This document shows, piece by piece, positions 26,792 through 39,469 of a DNA stretch of 64,000 nt. Source of the stretch: Podarcis muralis (taxonomy: Eukaryota); the NCBI RefSeq assembly GCF_964188315.1, contig NC_135666.1, positions 15,438,001-15,502,000 on the forward strand, given 5' to 3'. Positions within the stretch are counted from its first letter, which is position 1; each line of letters opens with the position of its first letter. The position numbers and the translations under genes were made by a program. The notes beneath the pieces are model-generated. The model was not told the origin of the DNA, searched no databases, and saw only the letters and a list, made by a program, of their open reading frames with translations.

Positions 26792-26857
26792 GTTGTTGTT
26801 GTTTAGTCGTTTAGTCGTGTCCGACTCTTCGTGACCCCATGGACCAGAGCACGCCAG
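26792..26857 (-). mobile_element. 66-bp extreme 3' end of Bov-B inserted at the end of a (TG)n tract
   Basis: Reverse complement of the Bov-B tail (CTGGCGTGCTCTGGTCCATGGGGTCACGAAGAGTCGGACACGACTAAAC...). GTGTGTGTATCT is duplicated on both sides. Confidence 0.85.
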
Positions 26858-28095
26858 GTGTGTGTATCTAGAGACCCCTGAAGATAATCACTGGGTTTAA
26901 ACATTACAAACCTGTACATCCCTGTTCATTTACAACACTTCTGTAGTCTCTTGCAGGTTTCAGGTGTCAATTGCCATGCCAGGTTGCGACCAGCCTAGAT
27001 GAAGAGGCCCTGCACTGCTACCATTTTGCCAGAGCAATGGTGGTAGCCATCAACTCTTACAACAGATACTTCTGCTCTGTGTTCCCTCACTTCTGCCCTG
27101 GGCACGCTAGATGCTTCTTGTCAAATACAACAGGGTATACTTCTCCTGACATGGGAAGGGAGAAGAACTAGTTTCTCCAGTCTCTGCAGATTCTGCATAA
27201 CCTTTCTAGAGACACAGTAAAGGCAGGTGAGAGCCTCATTTTAAAACAAATCCAGTAGCTCTGGGATGCCTATAATGAGTTCACTACACTGTATGTCAGC
27301 TGGCTGTCCAACTAGATGCAGACACTGCATAAAACTATTCATATTAACATATATTTCTAGAAGCTTGAACTCTTGGAACATGTTGATAGCGGCTGATGGG
27401 ATTCAAAACAACAAGAAAGTGTATGAATCTCAACCTCAGGAGGGGAATACACAAGCAAGGATGGTGTTGGCAGAAGTCTGAGAGAAAGGGACACCTAAGA
27501 AGAGGTGGAAAAAGAGAAGGGTTGTGTATAGATGAGCGATAGATCAGGAAGCATTCACTAGAATCAACAATGGAAGGTCCCGGTTGTTTGTTTGTTTGCT
27601 CTCCACACATTTCCACACTTTTCTCTGCAATTGCAAAAGCTATGACCCTAAATACATATAAAAATCTTCAGATGCAAAATTCTGTACCAGTTTCTGACCT
27701 TATAGCAACAGTTCTATCTGTGCACTGCTACCCCTGGCATAAGCACCATTCGACTCAGGCTTATCTCACAGTAAAAAAAAGACTTTAGGGGTTGAACCAT
27801 TGTGTTAGACAACAGTGCTCAACCCTGACCACTTTTCTTACTGAGATTAAGCAGTTGTAAGGTCCCAATATAGAGTATGGACTTCTGCTGGTTTTCTACT
27901 GGGGCTTAAAAAACAAAACAAACCCCACTCCCTGCTGGCTGTATTTTGCTTCCAAAATTGCTGCTTACTGCAAATAATCTGAATCAGGAGCCCATTCTGG
28001 ATCAGGGTCCACTGCAGTTTTTTCTCCAAAATACAAACCGCCAAATAAAGTATGTTTGCTTTAACATGTGGCTATCATTGAATGTAATTTGGTTA

Positions 28096-28415
28096 TCTGG
28101 CTTGGACTGCAAGAAGATCAAACTTCTCCATTCTCAAGGAAATCAGCTCTGAGTGCTCACTGGAAGGACAGATCATGAAGCTGAGGCTCCAATACTTTGG
28201 CCACCTCATGAGAAGAGAAGACTCCCTGGAAAAGACCCTGATGCTGGGAAAGATTGAGGGCACAAGGAGAAGGGGACAACAGAAGACGAGATGGTTGGAC
28301 ACTGTTCTTGAAGCTACGAACATGAGTTTGACCAAACTGTGGGAGGCAGTGGAAGACAGGAGTGCCTGGCATGCTCTGGTCCACGGGGTCACGAAGAGTC
28401 AGACATGACTAAACA
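28096..28415 (+). mobile_element. Bov-B (RTE-clade LINE) 3' fragment
   Basis: Encodes KLRLQYFGHLMRREDSLEKTLMLGKIEGTRRRG..RWLD, the typical Bov-B ORF C-terminus, followed by the GGGTCACGAAGAGTC..GACTAAACA tail. Confidence 0.9.
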
Positions 28416-28436
28416 AGCTATGTACCAGTAACTGGA

Positions 28437-28845
28437 GGGACGTGGGTGCCGCTGTGGTCTAAACCACTGAGCCTCTTGGACTTTCCGATTAGAAGGTCGG
28501 CGGTTCAAATCCCCGCAATGGGGTGAGCTCCCATTGCTCAGTCCCAGCTCCTTTCAACCTAGCAGTTCGAAAGCACACCAAAAAGTGCAAGTAGATAAAT
28601 AGGTACTGTTGTGACAGGAAGGTAAACAATGTTCCCGTGCTGATATAAGATATAACAGTGCACTGCTCTGGTTTTGGTGTTCTGCTGCGCCAGAAGCGGC
28701 TTAGTCATGCTGGCCACATGACCCAGAAAAACTGTCTAAGGACAAACGCCGGCTCCCTCAACCTGTAAAGCAAGATGAGCGCTGCAACCCCAGAGTCGTC
28801 CACAACCGGACTTAATTGTCAGGGGTCCTTTACCTTTTTACCTTT
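28437..28845 (+). mobile_element. Sauria SINE, more diverged, with small internal insertions
   Basis: Head GGGACGTGGGTGCCGCTGTGG and tail TTTACCTTTTTACCTTT. Flanks share AGCTATGTA (28416-28424 / 28846-28854). Confidence 0.88.
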
Positions 28846-30208
28846 AGCTATGTAACTAATTCTGAACTTCTAGACTTCCTTTTTGTCCCTACCTGCTCTT
28901 TCCTGCCTTTCTTTTCAGCCATCTCTTAATGGCTAGGCTTGCCCAGTAGAGAGATGGGATGAATTGGGGGCAATGAGTGCATACATAATTTTGCAAGCTT
29001 TAAGAGTCTGTCAAGCCCTCCAGTACTGTGGCAATTTCTTACTGAGCAGCAAGCTATCATGCCTGACAGTTGTTGCAGAATTAAAGCAGCACTGCTAAAT
29101 GGGAAAAAGATATATATATATGTTCTGCTTGATAGTTAACACAGAAAGCCGCCACCAAAAAAACTACAGTACAGTTGGTGCATTCATCAGCGTGAAGGAA
29201 ATATTGCACCTTTAGGATCTTTTCTCTCATGCAAACACACAAGTGTGTTACTCTATGAAAACCTGAAGGGAGCTATCACTGCCCCTTTAGAGAAACATTC
29301 ATTATTCTACAGTAGTCTACTCACATGCTCATGTTATTCCAGAAATATTGCAGTTGCAAGTCAACCACTGATTCTCTTTTTAATCTTTCTTTTTTCCTTA
29401 AGGGAACATTTACCATCTCCATTGACTGATTAAGGGATATTTTGAACTGCCAGCCTTAATTGAAAATGCCACTAAATATAGAAACTCATTTTTAAGTATA
29501 TAGCTTTTAAAGGACAACATGGGCAGCCCAATCTGCAGCCTACTTAAACTGAATTATTTGCATTTGAACAGGCTTAATTAACAGGTTCAATTCCAGTGAT
29601 TTCAACAGGACAAAGTGACCTTAAATCAAATATTTTTTTAAGCAGAACTGTAAGTTGCCACACCAAACACAAATATCTGAATGTCACGGCCAAGTAAGAC
29701 TTGCAATTGGAAGGAAAGGGCTGTGTAAATGTGTGACAATATTGTAATGGTAACAGGTAAAGAATGACAACTGATTTGACAAAGGACCACACAAATAAAA
29801 CAAATTACAAGCTGTTCTGCTTTGCTATTAATAACAGAACAAACAATTCAGATTTATGTAACAGAGCATCACAAGAAAGCCCAGTGTATGTCAGTGATAA
29901 AGGTACTAAAGCAAACTCTGGCAAAACCACAGCGCTGTGGAGATAGTTCTAAATGTTTATTGTACATGATGAGTTTCAACCATGCCAACACATCTTTGGA
30001 CATCAGGATGAGCATGTTTCCTGTAATCTACCAGATTAATTTTAAGCCTAAATCATTTAAAGTGTGTGTGTGTTTTTAATTACTTTATTGTGTTTTCAAC
30101 AGCATATTCTTGAGTGTTCAAGTTAAAACAAACAAAACAGGCTTCCAGTCTTGTGAGATCTGCAAACTCTACTGGACAGATGAACGTGCTGGGTGCACAT
30201 TTTACCTC

Positions 30209-30244
<36 letters not shown>

Positions 30245-33200
30245 CAATATAGCGTTCAATAAGGTAATTGAGACAACTTTAGCAGCAAGGAGGACTGTGA
30301 GAATTTGTTGTAAGGATACCTATTGCATGCCTCTAGAATTTCACTGGAAGAGATAGCAAAGACGCTAGGGAAAATCCTGGAAGATCATAATGTACTCACG
30401 AGCCCAGAAAGAAGTAAGGTTATATCCCAAGATCATAGGGTTGTGGAAAGTCTGATGATAGCTTATTCATACTTCCTACTCTTAGAAACAGCCCTTTGGT
30501 ACAGATTCAGTTGGCAAGTATCTTCATAGGGCGCTAACCAAGGTTTCTGACTTTTAACTAGTCAGCATATCTAGGGATGTGGATTTGGCCTCTTCCTGCA
30601 TGAGGAAGCTTGCCAGCCACATTATCTTTGTGAAAGCTCTCTTATTTTTTGCTGACAGCACTCAGTATGGTACAAGGGAGACCTTGCTCCCTTATGAAGA
30701 AGGAAGACACATAACGGACAGAAGAAGAGGGAGAGGAAAATTGCCAAAAATCAAGCGGCACACAATGATCTAATAAATCCAAAAAACAACAACAAATTAA
30801 TCTCTAGAGGGAGGCTGAGAAGATGCAATTCCAACAGCACCGTGCAAGCAAAGAACTGATTATGCACTCAGAACTTTATAGATAATGACTACCAGTGACT
30901 ATCACTGAGCTACAGACCTTCTTCCCCTGTCGACTGAGAAATAAGTCCAGTGAGTCCAGTAGAACTTACTCCTACATAAATGGGTATGGGATTTCAACTA
31001 AAACATTTCAAACCAATAAAAAGAAGCTGGTATAGGAACATGCCTTCCCCTCAAAAATTTGTTTGAGGCATCTTGCAAAATACATTTTTTTTATTTATGC
31101 TGGTTAGCTGACTGGGGGAGATATTTTGTCATTCTCATGGTACTGTGGTGTAAACCTGATTTATTGTGGTAGCTTGATTTTTTCAGATGGTTTGATTTTA
31201 TTGCGTGCCATATATTTTTATGTTGTACCCTGCCTTGGAATTGATTTTAAATGAAGAGTGGGTTATAAATTACCTAAATAAATGAAAAGGTTTTCAAATG
31301 AATCCTATACATGGATTGCTTGGGAGCAAGACTTTCTGAACTCGTATCTGAAGAAGTGTGCATGCACACAAAAGCTCATACCAATAACAAACTTAGTTGG
31401 TCTCTAAGGTGCTACTGGAAGGAATGTTTTTATTTTGTTTCTGAACTTGATATGACATTTCCATTGTATCCAATACTAGACTTGGATATGAGCAGGCCCA
31501 CTGAAATTAAAGGACACGAGTAACTTGGGTAGGCACATTAATTTCAGTGGGTCTACTATGAGTAACACTTTGATACAACCCAATGTATTGATGAAGCCAC
31601 TTGAGGCATGCAGAACTCTTTCTTTCCAGAGCCTTTCAGTGGTTGTAAAGTGCCAATACACTTTTTAAAGAGATTCTCTCAGGGCTTTGATAATCTTACA
31701 AATACACTTCTAAAACTCCACAAGCATTCCTATCATTGGCTGCAAGACACACCGTACATTTAAATCACATGCCCCCAAAATAGTCTTGGAAACTGTAGTT
31801 TGCTAAGGGCATTGGGAATTGTACAGTTCCCATGAACCTTGTAGGGGGAGAAGTTTTAAATATATGGTGTGCATCCAGCAATTACCTCCAAACTATCCCA
31901 GAAAACAAGATGATGAATCCTGTAAACTGTTACCTCAGGGCTGAAAAGCTTGAGACTCATAAATATTCAAAGAACAGCTGGCTTGGGGACTTACATCAAA
32001 CCTCAAGAAGCTTGATTCAGCCACACAAGCGTCATACTTCAGTGTCAATGGAAGTGCTTGCAGACTTATGGAAGCACCAAATAAACCTACTAGAAAAAAG
32101 GCAAGCATATTTTCAAAGAGATGAGGAACTTGGCCATCAACTTGTATGTACTCTGGTGCTTCTACTTTTAATCACTTTATTTTCTTACATGTCCACCCCA
32201 CCTCTCTTCCAGCATGGAAATCTGCCACGGTACCCAATTCTCATGGTTGTATAGAAACTTGTCGCTATTGATTCAGAGAGTGAAGAGCATTGGCATGTAG
32301 ATGTGGATATCCATAAATATCCATAAAGCCATTATGTTTCTTAATCCAGCCCTGCGTTGGACTTCTTCCTTTATCAGTGTCTCAGAACAAGTCAAATGAC
32401 CAGCTCAACAGGCAGCCAACTAATGTTAGGTTTAGTACATTTCTCATGAATGCAGAACATGCAAACTATATCTGGCCATCCAGTTTATATTTTTATGATG
32501 GCTGAACAGAGTTGCTCTCTCTCTCTCTCTTGCCTCTTATAAATATCAGTGAACATGAGAGTACATGGAAGGAAGCCCTACTGAAATCAGTGAGCATGAC
32601 TTCCATGGGATGTGATTGCAGAATCACACTTTCCTAGAAGATCATACTTCCACTGCTGTACTTTAAGCAAAGCTTTTACACATCTCTCCCGTTCTCAAAA
32701 TAGACCAGAAACACCTCCAGTGAAGTTTACAGCAGTGTCATAAAATTAAGCCTCAGTGCTTACCTTGAGACGTGTCATTTAGAGTGCACAACACATTTTC
32801 ACCTTCTCTGAGAGATTAGGCTAGCTTACACACAGGGGACATGGATAGGTTGCCTGATAAGCTTTTGGAGGCCCTTGTCTGGATGCAGCTCAGCTTCCAG
32901 CTCACATTAAAGAAAATAACCGAATCGGAAATCTTGAATTCCATCCGTGGGGCCTTTAAAGAGGAACATTATCAGCCGGCTTAAACTCTGCCATTTAGAA
33001 ACACACACTACGTCTCTTTTTCAAATCAAGGGTTAAAAACCTGGGCCTGTAACATGACAAAATAAAATCGCATCCACTATTTGTGCATTACTTGTCTATC
33101 CTGGTGTCCCTTTGGAAAACTCTTAAGTCAATGTTTCATCCATCCTTCAACCACGCTGAGGCCTACTTATCTTTTGCAAGGTAACAGCATCATGTGCCTG

Positions 33201-33589
33201 CATAACATTATTCAGATTACTGATAGTCATTCAACGTGTAGTACTTATTACCGATGGGAAACAACAATGTCTGAAGTGCTTTACTCTTTTTATTTGTGTT
33301 CTTCCTTTCCTCCAGTAACCTTGCAACATAACTACTGTTCCCATTTTGTCCATCTATGGGTAGGCATAGTATGAACTAACTGTTGAAACTCTCTGCCTAC
33401 CTTACCTTGCCTCCCTTCACCCACTCCAGACCTTCATTAATTGCGTTGATGCTACAATCAACTTCACACACAAACACACTGCATTTTCTTTCTTCCCCCC
33501 TCCCAAAAAAAAATCAGTATCCCAGGATAACAACACTGAACTACAGCCCCCTGCTCCAACCAGCTACTTTGCAAGGCTAGCATAATCTC

Positions 33590-33815
33590 AGAGCATAAGA
33601 AGAGGCTAGATGAGGCCAATGGCCCACCTAGTCCAGCATTCTGCTCTCACAGGGGCCACCCAGATGCCTTTGGGAAACTTGCACATGGGACTGGAGCGCA
33701 CGACCACTCTCCCCTCCTGTGGTTTCCAGCAGCTAGAATGCAGAGACAATTCTGCCTCCAGCTGTGGAGGGACAGCATAGCCAACCTGGCTAGTACCTCT
33801 TGATTGACCCCATGA
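33590..33815 (-). mobile_element. Old CR1-like 3' end
   Basis: CATAAGAAGAG..GGCCAATGGCCCACCTAGTCCAGCATTCTG..CCAGATGCC motif, related to 17998-18270. Confidence 0.55.
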
Positions 33816-35515
33816 ACTCAAAGTCACAACCTCGCCCCCAAGTACAGGTACAATAATTTTCGGTGTTGCATCCATTGTCTCCACAGCACAAAAGCCTTTT
33901 GTAAGAACCAACAAAAAGGTTCCTTCTCTAGAGAGTAGACTGGGGTAGCCAACATGCTCCCTGCCAGATGTTGTGGACTACAACTCCCATCATCCCTTAC
34001 CCCCTGGCTATGCTGGCTAGGAGTTGTAGTCCAAATCATTTGGAGAGCATTGCACCTGCTATACCTGTTCCAGGCAATGGGGCATGTCATTCTAGCCTTG
34101 TCTGTGTCTTAATTGGTTAGATTTGCTTTCCTAGATGTCAGCCATTGCTATGACTTCATCTGTTGACTAAAATGATAACACAAAGATGGGAGGGAGGATA
34201 TAGTCTCACAAAACAAATGAGAAAATCCCAGGTTCACTCCCTGGCATCCCTAGGTAGGGCTGGGAATCTGAATATTATCTCTCATGTCCCCCCCCTCCAC
34301 GGAACACTTGTGAATCACACTCAACAGAAGCAGCGAAAAGCGCATCATTCCATAGGTAGAGTTTGACGGACCTTGATCACGCCTCACGCCATATGTGCCA
34401 AACATGCCAGTTCCATCTGCAGTCAACACACCCATTACACAAGGTGCCTGCACAAACTTAGGAAAAGGTCTGGCTGAACAAAGTGGCATGCCTCTAACAA
34501 TGATAATGATAACCCACATTGGCCCTGGCATCTAAAAACCTAGTTCCTGTGCTACACAATGTACTCCACGCAACCTAGGATGCACACCATTTGCAGGTGA
34601 AACATGTCTTCTGTGTTTTATGGCGGAGCTGCTTGCTACTCATGCGGGGTGCATGGTCAACAACATATGGCCCAGTGAAACCCAAGTGTGATTTGGTTCT
34701 AGTAACTTCAAGGCGGCTAAGCTGACCTAAGTACATGTACGCTGCTGGTTGTGAATCAGGCCGTTTGCTAGTGAATTGATTCGTTGCAGGGGGCGGTTTA
34801 TTGGCTTGTTCTTATTATGCATTTTGTGTTCTTTAGTTTTATGTTTCTATGCTGTGAACCGCCCTGAGATCTTCGGATGAAGGGCAGCATACAAGTTTAA
34901 CAAATAAATAAATGAACAGGAATACATACATGGAGAGACTCCATCAGGCAAGGCCTCCTTCCACCCGCCTTGCTCTACCCTCTGCTTCTCAATGTGTATT
35001 GTAATGTTTTATGTACTGTGGCTTGCTGTTGTTTTATTGATTATAGTTTAGATATTATTGTAACTGTTGAGTGGATTTCTGTTTAACGTTTATATGTTGA
35101 TATTATTATTTTATACTATTCTAATGATTGCTGAATGTTACTTTTTTGATAGAAGTTGCCTATTTTAAAGTTCTGTTTTATTATCACATTTTTGTATTGC
35201 GTTAGATTGTTATAAGATGTACATTTTTTGTTTCTTCAGCTTGTAAACCGCCTTGAGTATTGTAAGATAGAGAGGCGGTATACAAATTAAAAATTATGAT
35301 GATGATGATGATGAAGCAAGGTCAAACGACACAACACAGATTCTACGCATACCGAGTCCTTAATTCATGAAAACGATACCCCATAACTGTTGTAAAGGAG
35401 GAGTTTAGAACCTTTTTCAGCCCAAGGGCTGCATGCCCACAGAAGCAACATCCCAGGGCCCACATACCAGTGGTTAAAAGTGGGGAGAGCAATGGGTGCG
35501 ACTCTTGTATTTGTA

Positions 35516-35861
35516 AGGTAAAGGTAAAGGGACACCTGACCATTAGGTCCAGTCGTGACCGACTCTGGGGTTGCGGCGCTCATCTCACTTTATTGGCCGA
35601 GGGAGCCGGCGTACAGCTTCCGGGTCATGTGGGCAGCATGAATAAGCAACTTCTGGTGAACCAGAGAAGCGCACGGAAACGCCGTTTATCTTCCCGCCGG
35701 AGCGGTACCTATTTATCTACTTGCACTTTGAGGTGCTTTCGAACTGCTAGGTTGGCAGGAGCAGGGAGCGAGCAACGGGAGCTCACCCCATCACAGGGAT
35801 TCGAACCGCTGACCTTCTGATCTGCAAGTTCTAGGCTCTGTAGTTTAACCCACAGTGCCAC
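35516..35861 (-). mobile_element. Sauria SINE
   Basis: Same consensus as the other copies. 12-bp TSD CTTGTATTTGTA / CTTGCATTTGTA (35504-35515 / 35862-35873). Confidence 0.92.
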
Positions 35862-38851
35862 CTTGCATTTGTACCAGGCACTAAAGTCTAACCACACAAA
35901 AGCCAGGGGTTTTGACACACCTCCTCATTCAGGCTATGAAGAGACATTATCACAATTCAAAGACACATTCCAGGCAAACAAAAGCACTCAAACAGTGTGA
36001 TGCAGGCTCAGTGGCAGGTGCAGAGGGGCAGGTCAGACAGAGAAACCTACAATTCCCCACCCCTGCTATATTAAGTATACGCTTAGGCTGAAATCCTCAA
36101 CACAATTATTAGGGATCAAGTCCTATTGAATGCAACTGAATATACTTATGGGTAAACATGTTTAGGATCATGCTGCACCTAACAGCTTTCTAGCAGCATA
36201 GTACCTATGTTTACTCAAAAGTAATTCCATCTGAATTCAAAGCAGTTTACTCTCAAGTACGGTGAGTTTGGGGTTGTTGCCTTAGTGCTTGTATAAATAT
36301 TATTTCACGAAGTGGTAACAGTTGTTGCTATTTTTCCAGAGAAAGATGAATTGGCACGCCTATGATTAAAATGATACTATGCTGGTGAAACAGTGTAGCA
36401 AGTTTTAGAGTCGCTCAAGAAAAAACCTTTAATAGGGCAGGTACTTCAGCTCGAAAGATCTAACAATCACATCCGTTCCCACGTTTTGGATAGTCTTCCT
36501 CAAAGGGGACTTTTAGGCAAACACGCTTGCACATATGAAATCTACTCAAGTTCCCCTTTAATCTGCAAAGGATATGTGCAGTCTTAAAACTGCAATGACA
36601 CGCCCTGCAGTAATGTGTCAAGATTTAAGCTATATTAGCCATGCTGGTATAAAGTGACTTTTCCCAGGTGCTCAACACTTCCAATGACTTTAGAGATCAG
36701 TGGAAGAAGCAGATACTTAGTCCTCTTACAAACAACAACTGCCTGACCTATGCTTGTTTCTACTCTGAATAAGTGAGTGTGAGGCCTTGCGGCCCAATCC
36801 CATGGCTGTTTACAATTCTACATCCAAATTACTTCAAAGGGATTTGCTTACAAGAAATTTTGCATAGGATTGCTTCAGACATTAAATTCACTGGAAGCAT
36901 TTGCCTTTACACCACTTTATCAAAGCAAAGCCACTCCATATGATATAATTCCACAACTCATAAATGAATGGCAGATTCACTGTAGATTTTCAGTATTGGC
37001 TGGATAATCAATTTCTTTAAAATAATCCAAACTACAGTAATCAAATTTGTTAGTCTGCATATGAAATCAAAAGAATATATATATGTGTATATGTGTGTGT
37101 GCTGACTAATTTCACAGCAGCATCAAACACTCTGAAATAAGCATACTTCCGCTGAAATCTTGTGTATGTTTACTGACCTGGGAGTAAGCCCTATTTAGCA
37201 TAGTAGGCCTTACTCCTGAGCAAGCAAGCAAGCATAAGACTGCACAACCACATCAAGAATGAACTTGATCCATCTATGTGTCTGAGTTGCTAATCACATC
37301 CCACTTAGTCAATATACATTGGAGGCGAGTTCCACACATTGGCCATCTGTTCTCTGCCTCAGAATTTTCAACCTGCACTTTTATTATTTTTGAGGAATTC
37401 TGCACTGGATCTACAAGTCTGATGCGTTAAATGTGTGCTGAAACGTTACCACTATTAACAGCATGCTTCTGTACATTGACACAGTCTTCTGTGCATAAGG
37501 GTGGTACATTCAACATACTGTAGCAATCTTCCAGCCTCTCCCTGTTAGCTTAGAAAATGCCAAATCGATGTGCAGAAAGCTTGAATAAGTCAATATTGCT
37601 TTAACCCTTGCTACAGTTGAGGTTTTTGCAGAACTGGCAAAAGGCACCGTCAGGATAAAGGCATGTAAAGAAGGCTAGCAACCCCAGCGATTTGGTCCTC
37701 GAGTCCTCTCCTCCCTCAGAAAGTGTTAAAAGAAAAATACAATGTCAACACCAGCTCCTCCCTGCTGATGGAAATGGTCTGAGTGCAGTTTTACTTTCTG
37801 GCTAGAAGCCCTCATAAAACCGTTACACACACAGAGGGGACGATGACTGGGAATGGAAGAAGAGAAAACACATTCCACGTTTTGAACTATTCCAGTCCCC
37901 AATTCGGGACATACTGGGGACCCCACCCCCTTGTATTTCAACCATTTTTTCTAATAACCTTCAAAAAATAAAAAGAGCAGCCTTTTTCAAAAACAAAACA
38001 CCATATTCACCAAGAGTTAACAGTATTCCTTTCTCAGGCACTTGAATAGCCAGCAGGAGAGACGTATTCTGACTTATGCCTGAGAAATATGGAACCACAT
38101 GAAATCTTACTGGAAATGTGTGTGGTTTCTGAATGCACACATTCCAAGTCGGCAACAAATGCAGGGGTTCCAAAACGTATACCTAAAATGCCATCCCTTT
38201 TCAGTATTTATTATCTATCCAAAGAATAAGAAAACAACCCTAGGAAAATTGCATAATGCCCTTTGTAAACTTCCTGGAGTGTCAGAATGGACCAAACTGT
38301 AGAACAATTGCACTCTCTTCAATAAAAACCAAGAAAATTAAATTATGCAAAAGCCTAAAAACAAAACGAAAAGCCCCTCTGTTACTCAGTTTCAGAAATA
38401 AGCAAAATAATCTGTTGGTAAAAACAAGTAATAAAGGAACACTTATTATTCATATCTGAAACTTGATTAAATAGCGAATCTCACGCATGGGCTTTGCATT
38501 ATGTCACTGGATGCGTTCAAATAGCATTTGCACCAACATATACGGTAGGTGGGGGAAGGTGTTTTTGTCCTTTTCTTTTTTAGTAAAACTGTATTCTCTT
38601 GGCAGGCTGAGAGAGTCCTTGCAAGCCCAGCCCTAAAGATTTTTCCATCCTCCGTAATAAAGCATGCAAGCAACATTGGAGCGGCAGATCTTCCTGCCAA
38701 AAAAGCCTCATTCCTCTATCTCTCCCAGCACTGTGGCAGGAAGAATAGCAGAATAGCGAGAAAGGAAAGGAGGAGATGGGCGGTGTGTGTTTTTATATCA
38801 CCAGCCGAACACAACCTATATATTTATACACAGCCAGCCCAAATGGTACCA

Positions 38852-38892
38852 GAGGAGGAGGAGGAGGAGGAGGAGGAGAAGGAGAAGAAGAC
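38852..38892. repeat. (GAG)n purine tract
   Basis: Seen directly. Confidence 0.85.
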
Positions 38893-39469
38893 AACAGGCG
38901 CCATCAAGAATCAATGGGCTCTTCCCCACACCCTCAGCAAAATGACATTAATAACCAGTTTCCTAAGAAACTAAAAAAGCAGGAGAAATAAACGTAGCAA
39001 TCTCTTTCTCATCCTCCCTCCCCTTTTTGGGCCAAAAGCTTCAAGGAGAAAGAAGGGGGGAGGTGGAGGAATCTCAGCAGGGATTTTTTTCACACACACA
39101 CACACGTACACCATTTCTTAGGCTATGTCACACACATACGAGGAGAAACTGACACCCACAGGAAACAATTACAACATGCCACATCCACACACACACACAC
39201 AAGGGATGGCGAGACGAGCTGGAGGCGAAAGGTTACACACTGCAGAGGGGACAAATCAACCTTCCAGAGATCATTTCAGATGCCGCCAGTTGCTCGCTCG
39301 CTCACGCTCCCACACACACACACACACACCACACTCCTAACCTTGCACACCCCACCCTACCTTCCCTCCCTCCTCAGATCTCCTCCCCCCCCCCAACACC
39401 ACCTTCAATTCCCCAGAGGAAGGGATGTTTCCCTCTCCACCTACATCCTCCCAGCACTTCGGATGCTGA

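Noticed and set aside
28175-28408. Repeated KLRLQYFGHLMRREDSLEK ORFs as a gene family
   Set aside because: These are Bov-B ORF C-terminal fragments.
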